A stretch of DNA of 64,000 nt from Corallococcus coralloides (GTDB lineage: Bacteria > Myxococcota > Myxococcia > Myxococcales > Myxococcaceae), in assembly GCF_004104415.1 (NCBI RefSeq), contig NZ_CP034669.1, one strand, 5' to 3'. Below are positions 24,194-32,107 of the stretch, in pieces (position 1 is the first letter of the stretch; every line of letters starts with the position of its first letter). Under the pieces are notes generated by a model. The model did no database searches and had not been told where the DNA came from. It was given only the letters and a program-made list of their open reading frames with translations. The position numbers and the translations under genes are program-made.

Positions 24194-25335
24194 TCTACTG
24201 GGACCACAACGCCGCCGCGCCGGTGCGCGCGGAGGTGGGCGCGCTGCTCGCGAGGGCCTTCACGGAGGGCGGCTTCGGCAACGCGTCCAGCGTGCACGGT
24301 GGCGGACGCGAGGCCCGGGCCCGGCTGGACGCGGCGCGAGCGAAGGTGGCGCGCGTCCTGGGCTGTGAGCCGAAGGAGCTCACCTTCACCGCGTCAGGCA
24401 GTGAAGCGGACGCGCTCGCGCTGGTGGGAGCGTACGCGGCCCGCCCGGTGAAGGACCGCCGCCGCGTGGTGTCCACCACGGTGGAGCACCCGTCAGCGCT
24501 GGGCGCGCTCACGCAGTTGGAGAAGGACGGCGCCCAGGTGGTGCGGCTGGCGCCTGATTCCAACGGCCGGGTGCCGCTGGAGGCCGTGCTGGAGGCGCTC
24601 ACGCCGGACACCGCGCTGTGTTCGCTGATGTGGGCCAACAACGAGACGGGCGTGCTGCAGCCGGTGGCGGAGACCGCGCGCGCGTGCCGTCAGCGCGGCA
24701 TCCTCTTCCACACGGACGCCGTGCAGGCCGCGGGCAAGGTGCCGCTCACCTTGCGCGAAGTGGACGCGGACCTGCTCTCCCTCTCCGCGCACAAGTTCGG
24801 GGGCCCCCAGGGCGTGGGCGTGCTCGTGGTGCGCAAGGGCGTGGACGTGCGGGCGCTGACCCCCGGGCACCAGGAGGGAGGCCGGCGCGGAGGCACGCAG
24901 AACGTGCCCTACGCGGAGGCCCTGGCCCTGGCCCTGGAGCTGGCCGCCGCGGAGCAATCCAGCACCGCCGCGAGGGTCGCGGCCCTGCGAGACACCTTCG
25001 AACAGCAGGTGCTCCAGCGGCTGCCCGGGGTGACGGTGAACGGCGCTGGCGCGCCCCGGGTGCCCAACACCAGCAACCTGCGCTTCGAGGGCGTGGAGGG
25101 GGAAGCGCTGCTGATGGCGCTGGACCTGGAGGACATCCGCGTCTCGTCGGGTGCGGCCTGCGCCTCCGGCACGCTGTCCCCGTCCCACGTGCTGCGCGCC
25201 ATGGGCCTCTCCCCCGCCGAGGCGCGCTCGAGCCTGCGCTTCAGCCTGGGCCCCAGCACCACCGGCGCGGAGGTCTCCCGCGTCGTGGACGCGCTGTGCA
25301 CGCAGGTGCCCCGGGTGCGCGCCCTCGGAGGCTGA
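24190..25335 (+). CDS. Cysteine desulfurase (IscS/NifS-like class V aminotransferase)
   Basis: The track ORF 23917..25335 is over-extended. A GTG at 24190 (VIYWDHNAAAPV, the IscS-like N-terminus) overlaps the DHH stop as GTGA. PLP lysine is in SAHKFGGPQG; catalytic Cys is in SSGAACASG. Confidence 0.8.
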   Translation: MIYWDHNAAAPVRAEVGALLARAFTEGGFGNASSVHGGGREARARLDAARAKVARVLGCEPKELTFTASGSEADALALVGAYAARPVKDRRRVVSTTVEHPSALGALTQLEKDGAQVVRLAPDSNGRVPLEAVLEALTPDTALCSLMWANNETGVLQPVAETARACRQRGILFHTDAVQAAGKVPLTLREVDADLLSLSAHKFGGPQGVGVLVVRKGVDVRALTPGHQEGGRRGGTQNVPYAEALALALELAAAEQSSTAARVAALRDTFEQQVLQRLPGVTVNGAGAPRVPNTSNLRFEGVEGEALLMALDLEDIRVSSGAACASGTLSPSHVLRAMGLSPAEARSSLRFSLGPSTTGAEVSRVVDALCTQVPRVRALGG

Positions 25336-25368
25336 GGCCCGCGCCTGGAAGCAGGCCTCGGGGACGGC

Positions 25369-25542
25369 TCACCACTTCTGGTCCGGCAGGTTCTTCTCGC
25401 GGACCTCGGGGTCGGGCTGGCCGTAGCCGGGGATGCCCTCCCTGGCCTCATCGGGCTTGGGCGGGAGCCGCTCGTCGCCGTGCCGCGTCTCGCGGGTGGG
25501 CTGCTCCTGCTCGGGCTGCTGCTGCTTTCGCTCGGTCGCCAT
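25369..25542 (-). CDS. Small hydrophilic hypothetical protein (57 aa)
   Basis: MATERKQQQPEQEQPTRETRHGDERLPPKP... preceded by GGGAGGAG, with near-uniform G/C at codon position 3. It lies downstream of the kinase on the same strand. Confidence 0.4.
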   Translation of the reverse strand: MATERKQQQPEQEQPTRETRHGDERLPPKPDEAREGIPGYGQPDPEVREKNLPDQKW

Positions 25543-25650
25543 GGACTCCTCCCGGTGCATGTTCGCGGGAGGAAAGGTCATCATCCAGGGCAGGCGCCGC
25601 AGCGGGCTCCACCGGCTGGGAGCCCACGCGACAGGGCCCTGCCCGCCCGG

Positions 25651-26646
25651 CTACCCGTTGTCGTCAGAAGAAGGGCCGTTGGGCGGAGCGCCCCGGTACG
25701 CGGGCATCTCGTCCGTGGTGCCGAACAGGCCGCGCACCACCGCCGCGATGGCCAGCGGCGTCCCCACGTTCTCGTCGAAGTGCGGAGACAGCGCCTTCGC
25801 GTACTCCTCCGCGGACGAGAAGCGGTCCTCGGGGTTCTCCGCGAACGCGCGCGCCAGCACGTCGTCCAGCGCCTGCGGGATGTCCGGACGCACCGAGCGC
25901 AGGAGCCGGTACTTGCGCGACAGGATGCCCGCGAAGACCTCCTCCGGCGTCGAGCCCACGAAGGGCCGGCTCAGCGTGAGCAGCTCGTAGAGCACCACGC
26001 TCGCGGCCCACAGGTCCGCCTCCGGCGTGACGGCGCCCTGCAGCGACTCCGGGGACAGGTAGTACGGCTTGCCCAGCACCTCGCCGCCCTGGAGCTTGCC
26101 GTCCACCAGCACGCGCGACACGCCGAAGTCGCCCAGCTTGATCTCCCCCACGCGGGAGATGAACAGGTTGGACGGGGACACGTCGCAGTGGACGATGCCC
26201 AGCGGCTTGCCGTCCGGGCCGGTGGCGGTGTGCGCGTACGCGAGCGCCTCCAGCAGCACCTTCGCCAGGTACACCGCGAAGTCGACGGGGAGCGGAATCC
26301 CGCGCGCCTTGCACCGGCGCAGGATGTGGCCCAGGTCGCGCCCGTCCACCAGGTCCATCACCAGGAAGGACACGTCGTCCAGCATCCCGGCGTCCAGCAC
26401 CTTCACGATGTTCGGGTGGTCCAGCTGGCGCGACAGCTGCGCCTCGCGGCGGAAGAGGTCCACCGACGCCGGGTCGCGGGTGAGCGCGGGCAGCAGCCGC
26501 TTGAGCGCGACCGTCCAGCCTTCGTAGGGACCGGAGCGCACGCGCGCGCGGTACACCTCGGCCATGCCGCCCTTGCCCAGCAGCGATTGGATTTCGTAGT
26601 TGCCGAAGACGCGGATGGGCTTCGGCACGGGAGTCGGCGCGTTCAC
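25651..26646 (-). CDS. Hanks-type Ser/Thr protein kinase with an atypical catalytic loop (HCDVSPSN; non-RD, lacks the loop Lys)
   Basis: Gly-loop LGKGGMAEVY, VALK lysine, DFG (LGDFGVS) and SPE are all present. The catalytic loop reads HCDVSPSN instead of HRDLKPxN. Confidence 0.8.
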   Translation of the reverse strand: MNAPTPVPKPIRVFGNYEIQSLLGKGGMAEVYRARVRSGPYEGWTVALKRLLPALTRDPASVDLFRREAQLSRQLDHPNIVKVLDAGMLDDVSFLVMDLVDGRDLGHILRRCKARGIPLPVDFAVYLAKVLLEALAYAHTATGPDGKPLGIVHCDVSPSNLFISRVGEIKLGDFGVSRVLVDGKLQGGEVLGKPYYLSPESLQGAVTPEADLWAASVVLYELLTLSRPFVGSTPEEVFAGILSRKYRLLRSVRPDIPQALDDVLARAFAENPEDRFSSAEEYAKALSPHFDENVGTPLAIAAVVRGLFGTTDEMPAYRGAPPNGPSSDDNG

Positions 26647-27644
26647 GGGCTGGCGCTTCCAGCTCCTTGCGGATCACGGCCCTGGACCCGCCTGCGGCCG
26701 CGGGCCTGCTTCAACTGCGCCTCGTACACCGTTCCCTCTTTGGCGAACTGCTGGAGCTCGCGCTCCACCAGCACATTGCCCTCCGGCGGAGACCAGCCTT
26801 CCGACAGCGCCCGCCGCAGCGCCTCCTGGGCCACCCGCGGCTCCCGGGCCGCGCGCTTCACGCACGCCATCCAGAACCAGGCCTCCGCCCGCGCCGGTCC
26901 AGGGCCCACGCTGCGCGCCTGCTCCAGGTACCTGAGCGCCTCCGGCTGCTGATTCAGCAGGAAGTGCGACACGCCCATGCCCGTCAACGCCCAGGCGTTG
27001 TTCTTCTCCTTCTCCTGCGCCAGCACCAGCTGGAACTGCCGCGAGGCGGCGATGGGGTTCTGGGCCAGCAGGGACTGCCCCTGCTTCAGGGTCGCCGCCA
27101 CGTCCACCGGCTCCAGCCGGCGCTGCGCGGCCACCTGCGCGGCCCCACCGGACGGAGGAGGCACGGGAGCCTGCGCCTGACGCTGCTCGGGTACCTGCGC
27201 CGACACGGGCGTCAGCGTCGGCGTCAGCGCGGCCCCCTGCTCCGCCGCACGGAGCACCAGCATCCGGTTCTTGGGCAGGGCCGGGGACTCGCAGCTGTCC
27301 TCCAGCTTCACCACGCCGCCCAGCGCCCGCTCCTCCACGTTGTAGACGAGCATCACCGGGAAGCTGCGGGACGGGGTGCAGGTGTCCCCTGTCTGACAGA
27401 GCGTGAGCTCCCCCAGGAAGACGTTGCCCTGGAAGTCTCCCGTCAGGATCTGCTCGGCGACCGGGCGCTGGCAGGGCCCCCCGGCCGGCGCCGTGCCGAC
27501 GAGATGCTCCCCGTCCGAGCGCAACTCGATGGGGCCGAAGGCATCCGCCTGGTAGGTACTGTTCATCTGCGGACCCGCCCAGGCGAATCCGGAGGCGAGG
27601 CAGGCTACCGCCGCGAGAGCCAATGTTGGGGTCGGGAGCGACAT
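26643..27644 (-). CDS. Secreted protein with a Cys-containing N-terminal domain and C-terminal TPR-like repeats; translationally coupled to the kinase
   Basis: Start at MSLPTPTLALAAVACLASGFAWAG (signal peptide) at 27644. Five Cys lie in the first 120 aa; helical repeats lie in the C-terminal half. Its stop overlaps the kinase ATG (ATGA). Confidence 0.6.
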   Translation of the reverse strand: MSLPTPTLALAAVACLASGFAWAGPQMNSTYQADAFGPIELRSDGEHLVGTAPAGGPCQRPVAEQILTGDFQGNVFLGELTLCQTGDTCTPSRSFPVMLVYNVEERALGGVVKLEDSCESPALPKNRMLVLRAAEQGAALTPTLTPVSAQVPEQRQAQAPVPPPSGGAAQVAAQRRLEPVDVAATLKQGQSLLAQNPIAASRQFQLVLAQEKEKNNAWALTGMGVSHFLLNQQPEALRYLEQARSVGPGPARAEAWFWMACVKRAAREPRVAQEALRRALSEGWSPPEGNVLVERELQQFAKEGTVYEAQLKQARGRRRVQGRDPQGAGSASP

Positions 27645-28015
27645 GTCGGGGACCCGGGCATCATAGAAGTCCACGGGGCGGCTTGTAAACGCGCGAGGAC
27701 GGCTTGACCGCACGCTTCTCCATCCTTATCATTTTTCCAGAACGCCCTGGGATTTTCCCAGTGATTCTAAGGACTTGTAGCGAGCTTTGAAGCAGTAAAG
27801 GTCTGTTCCCTGCGGGGTGCGTGATGCCCAGCAGAAATTCGAACCGATACGTCCATTCCGGGGTCCGTTTCGGTCGCCATGTGCAAGCCCTCCCCCTTCA
27901 CCGGGGATGAGGGAAGCCTGCGGTGACATGATTTCGGTCCCCACCTGGCTTCTAAGGGTTCAATGGACGCTGGACACACGGCTCGGCGGGGGACTCTTTC
28001 TTTGGAGCGGCGGCG

Positions 28016-28648
28016 GTGAGCGAGACGGCGGCGGATACGGTGGCGGCGGCGGCGGAGAAGAAGGTAACGCTTCGTGAGGAGCTGACGGCGCGCCGCAAGG
28101 CGATGACCAATGACCTCATCGACGAGCGTGGCCTCAAGGTCCAGTCTCGATTCCTGGCATCGCCCTACTATCAGAATGCGCGGACGGTAGCCCTCTACGC
28201 CCCCATCCGGGGCGAGGTGCCTACCCGGGACATCCTCATCGCGGCGCTGCAGGACGAGAAGATCGTCTGCTACCCGCTGTCCCACGTGCACGGGCGCATC
28301 CTGGCCTTCCGGGCCATCAAGTCGGAGAGCGAGCTGGAGCCGGGACGCCTGGGCGTCCGGGAGCCCACGAACTCCTCGGATTTGATCGCGGTGGATCAGA
28401 TCGACCTGTTCGTGGTGCCCGGCCTGGGCTTCAGCCCGGACGGCAAGCGGCTGGGGCGCGGCGGTGGCTACTACGACGCCACCCTCAAGGCGGCCAGCTC
28501 GCGCAGCCGCCGGGTGGGGCTGGCCTTCAACGACCAGATCGTCCAGGTGCTGCCCACGACGAGCGACGACGTGGACATGGACCAGATCGTCACGGAGAGC
28601 CAGACGCTGCGCGGCCTGTGCCGCAGCTTCGACTTCCTGGACACCTGA
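28016..28648 (+). CDS. 5-formyltetrahydrofolate cyclo-ligase (MTHFS/YgfA family)
   Basis: Family blocks are present (YAPIRGEVP, FVVPGLGFSPDGKRLGRGGGYYD). GTG start. Confidence 0.8.
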   Translation: MSETAADTVAAAAEKKVTLREELTARRKAMTNDLIDERGLKVQSRFLASPYYQNARTVALYAPIRGEVPTRDILIAALQDEKIVCYPLSHVHGRILAFRAIKSESELEPGRLGVREPTNSSDLIAVDQIDLFVVPGLGFSPDGKRLGRGGGYYDATLKAASSRSRRVGLAFNDQIVQVLPTTSDDVDMDQIVTESQTLRGLCRSFDFLDT

Positions 28649-28752
28649 CCGGTACCTGAGCCGCGGGACAGGCGGGGTGACAGCCACGGGTGGGGCGGAC
28701 ATGGAAGTCCCGCCCTGCCCGTCGTCTTTTTTGGGCTAGTGTCCGCGGCGCC

Positions 28753-30015
28753 ATGAACCCGGACGCACTGCGCAAGGCGACCCCCGAAGAGCAGTTCGAA
28801 GAAGTCACTCGCGGCACCGTGGATCTGCACGTGCCGGAGGACCTGAAGAAGAAGCTCCAGCGCTCCTATGACAAGGGCAAGCCGCTCGTCATCAAGGCGG
28901 GCTTCGACCCCAGCCGTCCCGACCTGCACCTGGGCCACACGCTGCTGCTCACGCGCATGCGGCGCTTCCAGGAGTTCGGCCACACGGTGGTGTTCCTCAT
29001 CGGTGACTTCACCGCCCTCATCGGAGACCCGTCCGGCAAGAACGCGGCGCGGCCTCCCCTCACCCGCGAGCAGGTGAAGGTCAACTCGGAGACGTACAAG
29101 CAGCAGGTCTTCAAGGTCCTGGACCCGGACAAGACGGTGGTGAAGTTCAACTCGGAGTGGCTCGACGCGCTGGGCACCGAGGGGATGATCCGCCTGGCGG
29201 CGCGCTACTCCGTGCAGCGCATGCTGGAGCGCGACGACTTCAAGAAGCGCTACCGGGAGAACACCTCCATCGCCATCCACGAGTTCCTCTACCCGCTCCT
29301 GCAGGGCTACGACTCCGTGGCGCTGAAGGCGGACGTGGAGCTGGGCGCGACGGATCAGCTCTTCAACCTGCTCGTGGGCCGGCAGCTGATGAAGGAGGAG
29401 GGCCTGGAGCCGCAGGTCATCATGACCGGTCCCATCCTGGAGGGCCTGGACGCGAAGCTGGTGGACGGCGTCATCACCGGCTCCAAGATGTCCAAGAGCC
29501 TGGACAACTACGTGGGCATCGACGAGCCGGCGGACAACATCTTCGGCAAGTTGATGAGCATCACGGACGACCTGATGTGGCGGTACTACAAGCTGCTCTC
29601 CGCCATGCCGCTCAAGCAGGTGCTGGAGCTGGAGGAGCAGACGAAGTCCGGCGCGGCGCACCCCAAGGCCGCGAAGGTCGCCTTCGCCCAGGAGATGGCC
29701 GCGCGCTTCCAGGGTGAGGAGGCCGGCCGCAAGGCGGCGGAGGACTTCGAGAAGCGCTTCGCCAAGAAGGAGCTGTCCACGGAGGACCTGCCGCTCGTGG
29801 AGATTTCGCTCGCGGGCGCGGAGAAGCTGCTCGTCACGAAGCTGCTGCCGGAGACGAAGTTCGTCGCCTCCGCCACCGAGGCCCGCAAGATGATGGGCCA
29901 GGGCGGCGTGAAGGTGAACGGTGAGAAGGTCACCGACCCCAAGGCGGAGCTGGCGGCCGGCGAGTACACCGTGCAGGTGGGCAAGCTGAAGGTCACGCGG
30001 GTGAAGCTGTCCTGA
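28753..30015 (+). CDS. tyrS: Tyrosyl-tRNA synthetase
   Basis: Class I signatures HLGH and KMSKS, plus a C-terminal S4-like domain. Start at MNPDALRK (28753). Confidence 0.9.
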   Translation: MNPDALRKATPEEQFEEVTRGTVDLHVPEDLKKKLQRSYDKGKPLVIKAGFDPSRPDLHLGHTLLLTRMRRFQEFGHTVVFLIGDFTALIGDPSGKNAARPPLTREQVKVNSETYKQQVFKVLDPDKTVVKFNSEWLDALGTEGMIRLAARYSVQRMLERDDFKKRYRENTSIAIHEFLYPLLQGYDSVALKADVELGATDQLFNLLVGRQLMKEEGLEPQVIMTGPILEGLDAKLVDGVITGSKMSKSLDNYVGIDEPADNIFGKLMSITDDLMWRYYKLLSAMPLKQVLELEEQTKSGAAHPKAAKVAFAQEMAARFQGEEAGRKAAEDFEKRFAKKELSTEDLPLVEISLAGAEKLLVTKLLPETKFVASATEARKMMGQGGVKVNGEKVTDPKAELAAGEYTVQVGKLKVTRVKLS

Positions 30016-30046
30016 CGTGCCGCGACGGACGCCGCCCGGGCCTGCT

Positions 30047-30871
30047 TCAAGGCGCGGGCGGCTCCTTCGGCAGCGCGCCTTCGTACAGCGCGGCCGAGCG
30101 CCCCATCATGAAGCCGTGGGGCAGCAGCTTCATCAGCGTCGCGAGGAAGCGGTTGAGGACGCCGGGCACGCAGAGCTCGCGGCGGTGCACGAACGCCTCC
30201 ACGGCGATGCGCGCGCAGGCCTCCGCGGACATGATGCCCACGTCGCCCGCCTTGAACTTCCGGTCCAGGCCGGACACCGACAGCATCTCCGTGGCGATGC
30301 CGCCGGGCGCGAAGACGGTGACGGACACGCCCGCCTTGCGCAGCTCGTAGGCCAGGCCCCGTCCGTAGCTGATGACGAACGACTTCGTGGCCGCGTAGGC
30401 CGTCTGGTACGGCAGCGGCGCGAAGCCCGCCGTGCTGGCGACGAGCATCAGCGCCCCGCCTCCGCCCTGCTTCGCGAAGTGCGCCCCGAAGCGCTGGGAC
30501 ATGCGCACCACGCTGGTGATGTTGGTGGCGAGCATCGCGTCGAAGGACTCGGGCGGCTGCTCCAGCGCGTGGCCGAAGTAGGTGACGCCCGCGTTGAGGA
30601 TGACGCCGTCGACGGTGCGGCCGGACGTGGCGGTCTCGAAGACGCGCGCGGCGTCACCAGGCCGGGTGAGGTCCGCGGAGAGGGGCAGCACCTGCACGCC
30701 GTGCGCGGACTCCAGCTCCGCCTTGAGCGCGGTGAGCCGGTCCTCGCGGCGGGCGACGGCGATGATGTGGGCGCCGTGCTCCTTCGCGAGCAGGCGGGCC
30801 ATCTCCAGCCCCAGGCCGGACGACGCGCCGGTGATGAGCACCCAGCGGCCTCGGAAATTCATCGGTTTCAT
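30047..30871 (-). CDS. Short-chain dehydrogenase/reductase (SDR)
   Basis: TGASSGLG NAD(P)-binding motif and YAATKSF catalytic YxxxK. Start at MKPMNFRGRWVLITGA. Confidence 0.8.
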   Translation of the reverse strand: MKPMNFRGRWVLITGASSGLGLEMARLLAKEHGAHIIAVARREDRLTALKAELESAHGVQVLPLSADLTRPGDAARVFETATSGRTVDGVILNAGVTYFGHALEQPPESFDAMLATNITSVVRMSQRFGAHFAKQGGGGALMLVASTAGFAPLPYQTAYAATKSFVISYGRGLAYELRKAGVSVTVFAPGGIATEMLSVSGLDRKFKAGDVGIMSAEACARIAVEAFVHRRELCVPGVLNRFLATLMKLLPHGFMMGRSAALYEGALPKEPPAP

Positions 30872-30957
30872 ATCGGGCGCGTTTATTTCGCGGCGCGGCG
30901 CCGGGCGCAACCGGGGAACAGCGGGCTTCGGGCGCCCCTGTTAGAGTCCGGCGCACC

Positions 30958-32061
30958 ATGCGCCTCTCCGGGTCGCTCGCCTGCTTCTTCCTGGCCCTCT
31001 CCACTGCCCCCGCCGCCTTCGCGGGGAGCGGCGTCTTCGTCACCGAAGAGGCCGTGGACGCGGTGGACCAGCCCGAGTCCTCCAAGGTCGTCTTCTCCGT
31101 GCAGCCGGGCGTGTCCTATCCGCTCATGAAGAAGGGGGGCCCCGAACGCGCGTGGTGCAAGCTCCAGGGGCCCAAGGCCGAGGGCTGGGTGCTCTGCGAT
31201 GGCACGCCCACGGATGCCGTCCAGAAGGCGCCGGGCACGGACGCGCTCGTGCGCGCGGACCATGAGAACACGCGCCAGCAGCAGGCGGCCCGGGTCGATA
31301 AGGCCGCGGATGTTGATGAAGAGACGGTGGCGGTGCGCGCCCCCGCGGGCCGCGCGGCGGCTCCGGGCGACGCGGCGGCGTGCGCGAGCACGTGTGAGCA
31401 ACCGCCCCTCTTCGCCAAGGCCCCGGCGCTGTCCGCGATGGACCGAGAGGTGCTGGATTTGTGCCCCGCGCGCCCCGACGCGAGCGTGAGCGCCGGGGAC
31501 GTGCAGCGCTTCTTCGCGAAGCACTACGACGACGCGCGGGTGCAGCGCGCGCTGTCCGCGGCGGGCCGTCCGGGCTCGCGGCAGGCGAACCTCGAATGGC
31601 TCACGAGCCTGTGGGTGAGCACCGGTCCGCGCAACGCGTTCACGCACGTCTTCTGCGGGGACGACTGGCAGCGCGGCCCGATTGGCGGCCTCCACTTCCT
31701 GCCCCGCTACGCGCAGCTCGAGGCGGAGGGAAAGGTCTGCTACCAGGGCCCGGTCCGGGGCGAGGACGCGGTGCGCGGAGAGCAGTACCTCATCCGCTTC
31801 AAGGGGCTGTCGCCGTGGTCCTGCGGCGTGAAGCGCACGGGCGGCTTCTCCACGTCACAGGACGCGGTCTCCATCGCCGCCATCGGCACCCGGGCGTTCG
31901 CGCGCTGCTGTGCGCGCGGCGGGGCGAAGAAGGAGGGCGGCGTGTACTCGGCGCCGGACGTGGGTGGCGGCAACTGGCGCATCTGGTGCGGCACGCGCAA
32001 CGGCACCTACGGCATCGCCACGCTGCACCCCACCGACGAAGCCGCCACCTGCGCGGAGTAG
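30958..32061 (+). CDS. Secreted protein with a C-terminal EndoU-like (XendoU/PP11 family) putative endoribonuclease domain
   Basis: Signal peptide MRLSGSLACFFLALSTAPAAFAG. C-terminal block NAFTHVFCGDDWQRGPIGGLHFLPRY resembles the EndoU FEHVFxGE ... GFHNW catalytic His motifs. Confidence 0.6.
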   Translation: MRLSGSLACFFLALSTAPAAFAGSGVFVTEEAVDAVDQPESSKVVFSVQPGVSYPLMKKGGPERAWCKLQGPKAEGWVLCDGTPTDAVQKAPGTDALVRADHENTRQQQAARVDKAADVDEETVAVRAPAGRAAAPGDAAACASTCEQPPLFAKAPALSAMDREVLDLCPARPDASVSAGDVQRFFAKHYDDARVQRALSAAGRPGSRQANLEWLTSLWVSTGPRNAFTHVFCGDDWQRGPIGGLHFLPRYAQLEAEGKVCYQGPVRGEDAVRGEQYLIRFKGLSPWSCGVKRTGGFSTSQDAVSIAAIGTRAFARCCARGGAKKEGGVYSAPDVGGGNWRIWCGTRNGTYGIATLHPTDEAATCAE

Positions 32062-32062
32062 C

Positions 32063-32091
32063 GGACCGGCGCCACGACGGAGCGCCGGTCC
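32063..32091. terminator. Perfect 10-bp GC hairpin between the convergent EndoU-like and A2M genes (putative bidirectional terminator)
   Basis: ggaccggcgc-cacgacgga-gcgccggtcc lies directly after the TAG at 32059-32061 and 17 nt before the A2M stop. Confidence 0.35.
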
Positions 32092-32107
32092 CCTGCCCTG
32101 CTGAAGC

